A stretch of DNA of 64,000 nt from assembly GCF_004010195.1 (NCBI RefSeq), contig NC_057718.1, positions 3,260,092 to 3,324,091 of the forward strand, in the 5' to 3' direction. This document shows positions 38,205 through 50,308 of the stretch, piece after piece (position 1 is the stretch's first letter; every line of letters begins with the position of its first letter). A program made the position numbers and the translations under genes. The notes below the pieces were generated by a model that was not told the DNA's origin, ran no database searches, and worked only from the letters and a program-made list of their open reading frames with translations. The stretch comes from Chiloscyllium plagiosum. Lineage: Eukaryota.

Positions 38205-40800
38205 TGAGGAGTGATGACCTAAGAGGAGTAAGCATTGGGGCACAGGTCTCTGGCACAGAGTCTGTCCCTGTTGCTCAGAAGGGAAGGGGAAAGACGTGCA
38301 GAGCATTAATTATTGGGGACTCCATAGTGAGGTGGATAGTTAGGAAGTTCTGTGGGAATGAGAGAGACGAATGGTTGGTGTGTTGCTTCATTGCTGCCAG
38401 GGTTTATGATTTCCCTGATCGTGCTTTCGGGATCCTTATGGGGAGGGGGAGCAGCCCCAAGTCGTGGTCCACATAGGCACCAATGACATAGGTAGGACGA
38501 AAGATAGGAATTTAAAGCAGAAATTCAGGGAGCTAAGGTGGAAGCTTAGAGCTAGAACAAACAGAGTTGTTGTCTCTGTTTTTTTTTGCCTATGCCACAT
38601 GCTAGCGAGGTGAGGAATAGGAAGAGAGAGGAGTTGAACACATAGCTATAGGGAAGGTGCAGGTGGGAGAGTTTGGGTTTTTTAGATAACTGGGGCTCTT
38701 TCTGGGTGAGTTGGGACCTCCTCAAACAGGATGGTCTTCACCTGAACCAGAGGGGTACCAATATCCTTGTGGGAAAATTTGCTAATGCACTCAGGGTGGG
38801 TTTAAACACATTTTAGCAGAATGATGAGAACCTAAATTGTAGTTCAAGCATAGTGGAGGATGAGAGATGAAGTGAGAACTAAGATTTCAAGATCACAATA
38901 AGGCACTAACGGGCAAAAAGTTGATTTGAAGTGTGTCTACTTCAACGCCAGGAGCATCTGGTGAACATGCAGCATAGGTTGGTACTTGGGATTTTGATGT
39001 TATGGCCATTTCACAGACACGGATAGAACAGGGACAGGAATGATTATTGCAGGTTCCAGGATTTAGATGTTTCATTAGGAACAGAGAAAATGGTAAAAGA
39101 GGTGATGGTGTGGCACTGTTCATCAAGGTTGTAGAAAGGATGCTTGAGGACTTCTGTACTGAAGTAGTATGGGCTGAGAAACAGGAACGGAGAGACTACC
39201 CTGTTGGGAGTTTTCGCTTGGTCTTCAAATAGTTCCAGAGATGCAGAGGAGAGGAAAGCAAAGATGATCCTCGATAGGAGCGAGAGTGACAGGATAGTTG
39301 TGATCTGGGACCATAACTTTCCAAATGCTGACTGAGATTACTATAGTTCAAGTACTTTAGATGGGTCAGCTTTTGTCCAATGTATGCAGGAGGGTTTCCT
39401 GACACATTAGATCAACAGGCCAACAAGGGATGTGGTTGTATTAGATTAGGTAGTGGGTAATGAAACTGGCCAGATGTTGGATTTGGAGGTAGGTGATCAA
39501 TTTGGTGATAGTGACCACAATTCGGTTCTGTTTATCTGAGTGATGGAAAAGGAGGTATATACCGCAGGGCAAGAGTTATAGTTGGGGGAAAGACAATTAT
39601 GACGCCCTTCAACAAGATTTTGGATGCATAGCATGGGGAAGAAAAATACAGGGGTTGAGCACAATTGAAATGTGGAGCTTATTCAAGGACCAGTGACTGC
39701 AGGTCCTTGAGAAGTATATACCTGTCAGACAGGGAAGAAGTTGCTGAGTGCGAGAACCATGATTTACTGAGGAAATTGAATCTCTTGTCAAGCCAAAGAA
39801 GAAGGCTTATGTTAGAATGAGATATGGTGGCTCAGTTCGGGCACTTGAGAGTTACACATTAGCCAGAAAAGACCTAAGAAAGAGCATAAGAAGAGCCAGG
39901 AGGGTACATGAGAAGTCATTGGCAGATAGAATCAAGGAAAACCTGAAGTCTTTCTATGGGTATATCAGGAATAAAAGAATGATAAGAGTAAGATTCAGGC
40001 CAATCAAGAATAGTGGTGGGAAGTTGTGCATAGAGTCAGATGAGATGAGGGAAGCCATTACTTAGTACTTTTCATCTGTATTCACATTAGAAAAAGACAA
40101 TATGGTCGAGGAAAGTACTGAGATACAGGCTACAAGATGAGATGGGAGTGAGATGCATAAGGAGGATATGTTAGCAATTCTGGAAATTGTAAAAATAGAT
40201 AAATTTCCTGGGATTTATCCTAGATTCTCTGAGAAGCCAGGGAGAAGACTGCCGAGCTTTTGGCTTTGATTTTTATAGCGTCATTGTCTACAGGAATCGT
40301 GGTAGAAGATTGGAGAATGGCAAATGTTTTTCCCTTGATCAAGAAGGGGAGTAGAGACAACCCTGTAAATGATAGACCAGTGAGCCTTACTTCAGTTGGG
40401 GGAAAATGTTGGAAAGAGTTAGAAGTGATAAGATTTATAATCAACTAGAGATGAATAAGGTGATTTGGGATAGTCAATATGGTTTTGTGAAGGGTAGGTC
40501 ATGTATCACAAATCTTATTGAGTTCTTTGAGAAGCTGACCAAACAGATGGATGTGGGTAAAGTAGTTGATGTGGTGTATATGGATTTTAGTAAAGTATTT
40601 AGTAAGGTTCGCACGGTTTGCTGGTGCACAAAATGCGAAGGTATGGGACTGAAGGTCATTCAGTGATTCAGATCAGAAATTGGTTCGCTGAAAGAAGACA
40701 GAGGATGGTGGGTGATGGGAAATATTCATCCTGGAATTCAGTAACTCGTGTGGTACAACAAAGTCCTGTTTTGGATCAACTATGGTTTGTTACTCTCGTG
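38205..40800 (+). mobile_element. Degenerate CR1 LINE (esterase-type ORF1, APE endonuclease, start of RT) nested in the LTR element
   Basis: ALIIGDSIVR esterase motif; VPGFRCFIRNRENGKRGDGVALFIK; YGFVKGRSCITNLIEFFE. Confidence 0.9.
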
Positions 40801-41541
40801 ATGGAGAGGCAATAGTTATCGCTGGGGGCAGGGAAATTATGATGCAGTGAGGCACGACTTAGGATGCGTGTCTTGAGAAAGTAGGCTTCAAGGCATGGGC
40901 ACAATTGATATGTGGAGCTTGTTCAAGGAGCAACTATTGAGTGTCCTTGATAAGTATGCACCTGTCAGGCAGTGAGGAAAGAGTCGTGTGAGGGAGCCGT
41001 GGTTTAATAAGGAATTGGAATCCCTTGTTAAATGGAAGAGGGTGACCTATGTAAAGATGAGGCGTGACGGTTCAATTGGGGCGATTGAGAGTTATAAGGT
41101 AGCCAGGAAGGACCTGAAGAGAGAGCTAAGAGCAGCAAGGAGGGGACATGAAAGGTCCTTAGTCGGTAGGATTAGGGAAAACCCTAAGGCTTTCTATAGG
41201 TATGACAGGAATAAAAGAATGACTAGGGTAGAAATAGGTCCAGTCAAGGATAGTAGTGGGAAGTTACGTGTGGAGGCTGAAGAGATTGGGGAGACACTGA
41301 ATGAATACTTTTCATCAGTATTCAATCAGGAACAGGACATTGTTGGCAATGTGAGTACTGAGTCACAATTAAGTAGAATGGATGGCTTTGAGGTATGTAG
41401 AGAAGAGGTGTTGGAAATCCTGGAAAAGGTGAAAATAGATAAGTCCCCTGGGCCTGATGGCATTTATCCTAGGATTCTCTGGGAAGCAAGGGAGGAGATT
41501 GCAGAGCCATTGGCCTTGATTTTTATGTCCTCTTTATCTAC

Positions 41542-42285
41542 NNNNNNNNNNNNNNNNNNNNNNNNNNNNNNNNNNNNNNNNNNNNNNNNNNNNNNNNNNN
41601 NNNNNNNNNNNNNNNNNNNNNNNNNNNNNNNNNNNNNNNNNNNNNNNNNNNNNNNNNNNNNNNNNNNNNNNNNNNNNNNNNNNNNNNNNNNNNNNNNNNN
41701 NNNNNNNNNNNNNNNNNNNNNNNNNNNNNNNNNNNNNNNNNNNNNNNNNNNNNNNNNNNNNNNNNNNNNNNNNNNNNNNNNNNNNNNNNNNNNNNNNNNN
41801 NNNNNNNNNNNNNNNNNNNNNNNNNNNNNNNNNNNNNNNNNNNNNNNNNNNNNNNNNNNNNNNNNNNNNNNNNNNNNNNNNNNNNNNNNNNNNNNNNNNN
41901 NNNNNNNNNNNNNNNNNNNNNNNNNNNNNNNNNNNNNNNNNNNNNNNNNNNNNNNNNNNNNNNNNNNNNNNNNNNNNNNNNNNNNNNNNNNNNNNNNNNN
42001 NNNNNNNNNNNNNNNNNNNNNNNNNNNNNNNNNNNNNNNNNNNNNNNNNNNNNNNNNNNNNNNNNNNNNNNNNNNNNNNNNNNNNNNNNNNNNNNNNNNN
42101 NNNNNNNNNNNNNNNNNNNNNNNNNNNNNNNNNNNNNNNNNNNNNNNNNNNNNNNNNNNNNNNNNNNNNNNNNNNNNNNNNNNNNNNNNNNNNNNNNNNN
42201 NNNNNNNNNNNNNNNNNNNNNNNNNNNNNNNNNNNNNNNNNNNNNNNNNNNNNNNNNNNNNNNNNNNNNNNNNNNNNNNNNNNNN
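41542..42285. other. Assembly gap (N run)
   Basis: Ns. Confidence 1.
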
Positions 42286-42526
42286 ACATGATGATTAGGG
42301 GTTTAGATAGGGTTGACCGTGAGAACCTTTTTCCACATATGGAGTCAGCTATTACGAGAGGGCGTAGCTTTAAATTAAGGGGTGGTAGGTACAGGACAGA
42401 TGTTAGGGGTAGATTCTTTACTCAGCGAGTCGTGAGTTCATGGAATGCCCTGCCAGTAGCAGTGGTGGACTCTCCCTCTTTATGGGCATTTAAACGGGCA
42501 TTGGATAGGCATATGGAGGATCGTGG

Positions 42527-42718
42527 ATTCTGGATCAGTGGTGCTGGAAGAGCACAGCAATTCAGGCAGCATCCAACGAGCAGCCCTTTATTCCTGATCA
42601 AGGGCTTTTAACCGAAACGTTGATTGCGCTGCTCGTTGAATGCTGCCTGAATTGCTGTGCTCTTCCAGCACCACTGATCCAGAATCTGGTTTCCAGCATC
42701 TGCAGTTATTGTTTTTAC
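42527..42718. mobile_element. Palindromic solo Penelope pLTR insertion with ~17-bp TSD
   Basis: Inverted pLTR arms; catatggaggat(c/a)gtgg at 42510 and 42719. Confidence 0.75.
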
Positions 42719-42819
42719 CATATGGAGGATAGTGGGCTAATGTAGGTTAGGTGCGCTTGGATAGGCGCAACATCGAGGGCCAAAGGGCCTTCTACTGCGC
42801 TGTATTTTTCTATGTTTCT

Positions 42820-43790
42820 ATGTTATTTATATGAATAACCTTGATGAGGGCATAAAAGGATGGGTTAGAAAAATTTGCAGATGACATGAAGGCAAGTAGA
42901 GTTGTGAATAGCGATGAAGGGTGTTGTGGGTTACAGATAGATAAGTTTACATAGATGATCTGCAAAGCTGGACTGTGAAGTATTAAATGGAGTTTAATGT
43001 AGAAACGTGTGAGGTGATTCACTTTGGAAGGAGTAAAAAGAATGCATAGTACAGGGTGAATGGCAAGATGCTTAGTCATGTAGGTGAGCAGAGAGTCCTC
43101 GGTCTCAAGGTATATGTAACATTGAAAGTTGCCACCCAGATTGATAGGGTTGTTCAGAAGGCATACAGTTTGTTCGCTTTTATTGGTAGAAGGATTGATT
43201 TACAGAACTATGGGATCATGCTGCAGCTGAACAAAACTCTGCTGCGGCCACATTTGGAATGTTGTCTACAGTTCTGTTCACTGCATTATAAGAAGGACAT
43301 GGAAGTTTTGGAAAGGGTTAAGAGGAGATTGACTAGGATGTTGCCTGGTATGGAGGGGATGTCTTACAAGGAAAGGCTGACAGACCTGAAGCTGCTTTTG
43401 TTAGAGAGGAAAGGTTGACAGGTGACTTAATTGAGACATGTAAAATAATCAGAGGGTGAGTTAGGTTGGACAGAGAGAGGACTTCTCCTCGGATGGTGAT
43501 GGCTATCACAAGGGGACATAGGTTTAAATTGAGGGGTGACAGATATAAGACAGATGTCAGAGGTGGATTCATAACTCAGAGAGTGACAGGGGCATGGAAC
43601 ACACTGCCAGCAACAGTAGTAGCCTCATCAACTTTAAGGGCATTTAAATGGTTGTTGGATAGGTAAATGGAGAAGAATGGAATTGTGTAGTTTAGATGGG
43701 CTTCAGATTGGTTCCACAGATTGTTGCAACATTGAGGGTTGAAGGGCCTGTATTGTGCTGTAATGTTCAATATTCTATGTTCTATCTGCA
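42820..43790 (+). mobile_element. CR1 LINE 3' portion
   Basis: KFADDMK and LLRPHLECCLQFCS; RGHRFKLRGDRYKTDVRG; tgttcta tail. Confidence 0.9.
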
Positions 43791-43799
43791 TATTCTTTT

Positions 43800-44122
43800 T
43801 AGATTAGATTAGATTACTTACAGTGTGGAAACAGGCCCTTCGGCCCAACAAGTCCACACCGACCCGCCGAAGCGTATAGCACCCAGACCCATACTCCTAC
43901 ATTTACCTCTTCACCTAACACTACGGACAATTTAGCATGGTCAATTCACCTAACCTGCACATTTTTGGATTGTGGGAGGAAACCGGAGCACCCGGAGGAA
44001 ACCCACGCAGACACAGGGAGAATGTGCAAACTCCACACAGAGAGTCGCCTGAGGCGGGAAGTGAACCCGGGTCTCTGGCGCTGTGAGGCAGCAGTGCTAA
44101 CCACTGTGCCACCGTGCCGCCC
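43800..44122 (-). mobile_element. Full-length young HE1/V-SINE
   Basis: gggcggcacggtggcacagtggttagcactgctgcctcacagcgcc...ggttcacttcc A/B boxes, V-domain core gtgtggagtttgcacattctccc, (taatc)n tail. Confidence 0.9.
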
Positions 44123-45974
44123 ACAATTATATATGACACAATTAGGTAATCTGGCAATGGTTAATCTCTGAAATATGGCTGGCACAATTTTCATACAAAG
44201 TGGCATGACTACAAACAGATACAGTCCATTTGGTGCTATGAAAGCCAAAATTGCCCTTGCCCTTTCTGACAAAAGTACTTGCCAGTAACCTCTGAGTAAG
44301 ACCAACAGAAATATGAGTTGCTTGTCACACCTTCTCAACACAGTCTTCCAAAGGTAGAATAAGATAGTCATAAGTCTTGGTAAATGCATTGACCTTGCAA
44401 TAGTCCGTTCATATCTACTGGGTACCATCTGGGTTTGCCACCATTACTGTGGGTGAGCTCAAGTCACTGTAACCCATGCTGATTATGTCACTTGGAGCAA
44501 GCATTCAATCTCCTTTTCAACCTGTGCCAACTTTAGAGGGTTAGGCCAACAAGGATGTTGCTTATTGGAACAGCATCTCCTATATCTACATCATGTATAA
44601 TTGGAGAAACTGAGGACCGCAGATGCTGGAGATCAGAGTTGAGAGTGTGGTACTGGAAAAACACAGCAGGTCAGGCAGCATCTGAGGAGCAGGAGAATCG
44701 ATGTTTCATGCATAAGCCTTTCATCAGGAATGAGGCTTGTGGCTGGGAATGCTGAGAGATAAATGGGAGAGCGGTGGGGCTATGGGGGCAGATTAGCTGA
44801 GAATGTGATAGGTAGATCATGCATAATTAGGTTCGTACCTTCTAGCTTATTTTCACATATCTCCTCATTTGACAGTCATATCTCTTTCAGGTCATTTCAA
44901 TTTTTCTTTGGAAAGTAATTCAATCATTTATCCCAATTTTTGACAACTTCCTCATTGTCTAATCTAATTTGAGGAATGTCCAGTTAAAAAGCCACTGAAC
45001 TTGGTTATTCGCACTGTGTTGTATCCAACAACACATTCTCCTCTTGCTTTCTTTCCCTGTCAATGTACCTTTTGAGCATATTTGCATGACACACTCTGTG
45101 AGATTTCTTTCAGTTTGGTGTCCTCATCAAATAGTTCATCTCTTTCAATTTCCTTTCCACTTGATAAGATTGACTAAACCTTGCTTTTAAAGGTTCAGCT
45201 AAGATGAAAGGTCACATTAAAACCTTATTTCCATCAGCAAAATTGCATGTTTTTGAACTTTTTTGTCTGCTTTTTGTTTCATTGTATGCTGTGATAGTTT
45301 TAAACGCTATCTCACCAACTCTCCCACTCTCTTTCATCATTGTCAAAAAATTGTCACATTGTCCAAATATATGGTCTCTGAATTATAAATTAACAATTTC
45401 TCCTCAATCAATTTTAGTGGACCTCTCAATTTATGCCCAAAAACTAAGTCAAATCATCTGAATTTGGTTGATTTGTTGAAAGCATCTCTTATTGCAAAAA
45501 GTACAAATGGAATTCCTTTATCCCAATCATCTGGATAGTCTTGACTATAAGTCCTCAACATGGTCTCACTCAGCTTACCTTCAGCTCCATCCTTTCAAGT
45601 TGACTTCCCTGTCGAAGTGCCAATTTCTGAAGTCCAACTCCCTCTCTTTCTTCATTCCCTCTCTCTCCTTTTCTCTCTCTTCTCTTTCTCTTTCTCTTGC
45701 TCTTCCCTTGCTCTTTCTCTCACTTTTTCTCTCTCTTCTCTTTTTCCTTTTGTTCAATAACATGATCCATTCTTTTTCTTATTGTTCTGCTGAAGTGATT
45801 TCTTCTTTTTACCTTTCCTCTGCTTTTAATCAGAATTCAAACTGTTACATTTTCAATTAAATTTTAACTATCCTAAAAGATTCATATGGCGTTTCCAGCA
45901 AATGTAAATGCTGAGTTATTGCTGTAATTATCTCTCCTTTCCTCAGGAAGGGAAGCAGCTCCAACCCCATTTTA

Positions 45975-46210
45975 TCGAGGCAAAAGTGAGGACTGCAGAT
46001 TCTAGAAATCAGAGTTTAGATCAGAGTGGTACTGGGAAAGCACAGCAGGCCAGGCAGCATCCGAGGAGCAGAAATATCGATGTTTCAGGCAAAAGCCCTT
46101 CATCAGGAAAAGGCTGATGAATGGCTTTTGCTAGAAACATCAATTTTCCTGCTCCTGGGATGCTGCCGAACCTACTGCGCTTTTTCGGCACCACTCTGAT
46201 CTAAACTCCA
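45975..46210. mobile_element. Palindromic solo Penelope pLTR pair
   Basis: Two inverted arms meeting at cccttcatcagg / ctgatgaatggc. Confidence 0.8.
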
Positions 46211-47436
46211 TCCGTTAAAGCTGAATTTCCAGGCTAAGTGCCAATTTCTGACGATCAAGCTCCCTCTCTTTCTTCTTTTCCTCTCTCTCCATTTCTACCT
46301 GTTCTCTTTCTCTTTCTCTTGCTCTTTCTTGCTCTTCCCTCGCTCTTTCTCTCTTTTTCTCTCTCATTTCTCTCTCCTCTTTTTCCTTTTGTTCAATAAT
46401 GTGATCCATCCTTTTTCTTATTGTTCTGCTAAAGTGATTTGTTCTTTTTACCTTGCCTCTACTTTTTTTCAGAATTCAAACTGTTTCATTTTCAATTAAA
46501 TTTTAACCATCCCTAAAGATTCTGATAGCATTTCCAGCAAATGTAAATGCTGAGCTATCGGTGTTATTATCTCTCCTTTCCTCATGAAGGAGACAGCTCC
46601 AACCCTAGCTTATCTGCTAATTCCAGCAGCTTGGCCTTACCCACATTTTGTAAAACTCCCAACCACACTTCTTCCACCCCCAGGAACCTCTTGGTGACCG
46701 AAAGAGCCATTGCTATTCCAAGCACTGTTTAAATCAACTGAATTCAATACCTGGAACAAAAGACACTAACACCTACCACTCACTGCCTTCTAATCCCAAA
46801 TCAGAACAAAAGAATAAATCCTGCCAAGATCCCCCAATCTGCTATGGACCAGGCCAGACCCCCTCAAAACATTTGAAGAAAGTGGGCCAGACCCTAACGT
46901 TGCTCATTTTTTTAAGCAGGTGTGACATGGATATTCCAGGACGGATGCAGTTGGTCAAGCCCAATTAGTTATAAACAAATCAGAATTTATTTACAAGATT
47001 ACCAAATAGAAACGCAAAAGAGAGCAGCATATAGAATAACTTAACTGATCCGACAACGCAATAAATTATCCCAACATAATGATACTGTTCCAAATATTCG
47101 CAACAATCCCCATAAGGACCTCTTGGCATAAAAGATAAAATCAAACACAGGGTCTTACTGGAGAGAAGTCAGAGACAGTATCAGCATGGACCTGCTTCTT
47201 TAGGTCCAGCTGGTTTTACAACTGCCTGTCTGCTTTCAATGAATAGCCGGACTGCCAAAACCAAATCAAACCAGAGCGAGTTGAGCTGGGAGAACTGGCC
47301 ACTCCCTTTTCATTGTACCAGAGTTTGTGTTTTAAATCGTAAAGGCCTTTTGCCTGAGGCAGTATCTGTTAGCTGTAATCAAACTGGGCCTAAAACCCAT
47401 CTAACGCAGACCTTTCGGAGTCTGTGTCCTTACGCT

Positions 47437-47696
47437 NNNNNNNNNNNNNNNNNNNNNNNNNNNNNNNNNNNNNNNNNNNNNNNNNNNNNNNNNNNNNNNN
47501 NNNNNNNNNNNNNNNNNNNNNNNNNNNNNNNNNNNNNNNNNNNNNNNNNNNNNNNNNNNNNNNNNNNNNNNNNNNNNNNNNNNNNNNNNNNNNNNNNNNN
47601 NNNNNNNNNNNNNNNNNNNNNNNNNNNNNNNNNNNNNNNNNNNNNNNNNNNNNNNNNNNNNNNNNNNNNNNNNNNNNNNNNNNNNNNNNNNNNNNN
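47437..47696. other. Assembly gap (N run)
   Basis: Ns. Confidence 1.
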
Positions 47697-48042
47697 TTAT
47701 AGAATCCCTTCAGTGTGGAAACAGACCCTTCAATGCAACATGTCCATGATGAACCTCCAAAGAGTAACCCACCCAGACCCATTCCCTTATCCGATATTCA
47801 CCACTGACTAATATATCTAACCTACACAACCCTGAACACTCTAGACAATTTAATGTAGCCAATTCACCGAACATGCACATCTTTGGATTGTTGTAGGAAG
47901 CCAGAGCATCTGGAGGAAACCAACACAAACACGAGGAAAGTGTGTAAACTCCATGCAGACAGTGGCTCAAGGTTGGAATCGAATCTGGGTCCCTGGTGCT
48001 GTGAGGCAGCAGTGCAAACCACTGATCCACCGTGCTACCCCT
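47697..48042 (-). mobile_element. HE1/V-SINE (diverged)
   Basis: Homologous to 43800-44122. Confidence 0.8.
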
Positions 48043-49963
48043 CACCACTTTGATAAAGTACCACACATAAAGCTACTTAATACGAAGAGTTTAATGTTAC
48101 AGGGAGTAAAGTCAGTGGATTTGCTGACTAAACAATAGCATAGAGTTGGGATAAATGTGGTATTTCCAGGTTGGCAATTCTCAAATTAAATGATTTATAC
48201 TGAGGTTCCCTATTTCATAACAATTCAAAACCATCAACTTTCAACAGAAGAAAATGTTTTATCTAATTCGCACCCACCAGGACTCTGAATTCCAAAAACC
48301 AGACTTTCCGAGCAATATGTGCCTCTTTGAACTGAAAAACAATCCAATTCGTTCAACCTGTAAACACCATAATGGTTTCAATGTTTACTTTATCTGCTCA
48401 TAAAACCTCTCCCAAAGCAAACAAATTCCCATTCACACTCCAAGAACTGTTTCTGTCAGATTGATTTCTTCTTAAAACAAAACATCCCTCCCGCCATATT
48501 GTCATTGTAATCTTTCAATCCTCTTATACACACAAAGACCACAATCTACATATCACTAGCTCAGAATCCAAACTCCATGCAAAATTATCTTAAAATTATA
48601 CAGAAACCATACAGCTCACATCAGTGTTTTGACCCAACAGGGAGAGTGCAGTAGTATTCAAGCCCCAGTTAACCACAAGCCATACGAAGTCTGTCACGAA
48701 TCAACACTGCAGCCAATTTGTCTATTTTCTGTCCTCCAATCCAAAGTAAACAAAAAGCAGGTTAATTAATGACCTCAAACACGACATTTAATATCAGCAA
48801 GACAGATTTTTGAAACAAGCAGAAAACGTGATCAACAACTGCATTTCTATTTGAGATTAAACTATATCCCATTAATCACAAATATACATTTATTCGCAGA
48901 CAGCGTAACCTGGTTCTGCATAAATAGTTCATGCTGTTTGTTGAAAGAAAAGCTTGAAAGAAAGACCATCCCAGTGCAACAAGAAGTCAGAATGTGCTGA
49001 CATCTCATAATTTCTTCAGTTTCATGTGAATTGTGCGAAATCAGTACTTTATTTTTACTACAGAACTTTACAAAATGTTTCCTGAACATTTCATGACTTT
49101 TTTTTCAATGAAATAGTATACTCCCAGCTTTGTCTGCTCCTGCAAACTTGTTAGAATTGATCTTTTAAATAAAATTGACTCTACTGCTCTCATTTCTCCA
49201 CCCAATCTGAATATCCTCACATCTCTCTGCATTACATCTGATCTGCTATTGGCTGCCCCCTCTCCCCTAATAGGAGAAGTAAAAGAGAAAGCCCATCCTG
49301 AGCCAGGATGGGGACTGAAAGCAGACGCTCAGCAACATTCAACACAAAGCTCCATCTAATTTTGTTGAGAACTCCCAGAATATTATGGTACTCTTCCCCA
49401 GTCAGGTGGCTCAGATGGCTGGAGTATAATGTAAGTAGAATAATATCAACATCTCAGCTTCAATCCTAGTGTCAGCTGTGGGGGCCCATGCAGAGTGAGT
49501 GTCTCCGCTTTCCCTGTGCCCGATGTGAAATGGTTCCCTTTAACCTGGATCAAACCAGTTGTCACTCCAACGGAGAGAGATGTCACTTTGTGCTGTATGG
49601 TTCATTCCCAATCCCTGGGAGATTCCCCTGCAGAAGTGGCACCTCACAGAGCAATCTCCCTGATTCTGCACATCCAGATCAATGACACTGACACTCTTGT
49701 AAGTTGAATGGAATTAATATCAATCAATCTCCAGGTTAAAGTTTCACATCTCCCACAAACTCCTCCATATTGTTACAAAAATATCCCCTTTCTCCCCACC
49801 CCCAACAACATTGAACCTGAGCTCAGCTTCCTCCCCACAGTGAATCCGTCGCGGAGATCACTCTCCATCACCTCCTCAATCTTCTTGATCACAAACTGAT
49901 CTCCAATTCATGCATTGGCAAGAGGTTATAGATGGAGGTGATTGTCATGTAAAGACTACTTAC

Positions 49964-50308
49964 TGTCTACAATGAGTTGGCTTCCACTTCCATAGATCCA
50001 TTCCCAGACTGAGCAGTAATAGACCCCAGTGTCATTGGGCTGCACGTCTGTGATGTTCAGAATGAAGCTGTTATTGGAGGAGTCTCTGAAAGGCTGGAAT
50101 CGCTTATTGAATTCTGGGCTCCATTGTGTGGATACATTTCCTGGATGTGTTAAAACCCACTCCATAATATGCTCTGGGGACAGCCGGTACCAGTGAACAT
50201 CAGTGTGTGTCACAGTGGTGTTCCTCATGGTGCACTGCAACTGGGCAGTCTGACCCTCGGTGACACGACCCAGGCTTGGAGACTGGAGAAGGACTGGACC
50301 ATTGGTAC
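49964..50308 (-). CDS. Receptor V exon V1 (Ig V-set, germline J-like strand IYGSGSQLIVD)
   Basis: Acceptor tttatctttaag, donor A|gtaagt, phase 1 to 1, 345 bp open: TNGPVLLQSPSLGRVTEGQTAQLQC...VHWYRL...DTGVYYCSVWEWIYGSGSQLIVD. Confidence 0.95.

Larger units (their letters stand above)
40801..42815 (+). mobile_element. Second, younger CR1 LINE spanning a gap
   Basis: EPWFNKELESL...KSPGPDGIYPRILWE; 3' end RFFTQRVVSSWNALP and tatgtttcta tail. Confidence 0.9.
37520..47436 (-). mobile_element. Degenerate Gmr1-like Gypsy LTR retrotransposon (gag, IN, RT, RH order) with nested insertions
   Basis: 5' LTR 46840 to the gap, followed by PBS-like tgggggatcttggcagg; gag-like coiled coil 45580-46700; integrase remnants ~44900-45550; RT LLRGYWQV..GLYLFVVMP at 44125-44590; RNase H TVEKETLSLVLALQHF..NMTVDALLR at 37937-38185; PPT aggggggagg, then 3' LTR from 37765 homologous to 47068-47285. 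Confidence 0.8.

Noticed and set aside
43990-44122. tRNA gene
   Set aside because: tRNA-derived head of a SINE that continues into the V-SINE body and tail
45492-46409. Hydrophobic and Glu/Arg-rich ORFs
   Set aside because: Sense and antisense readings of the gag coiled-coil region of the LTR element
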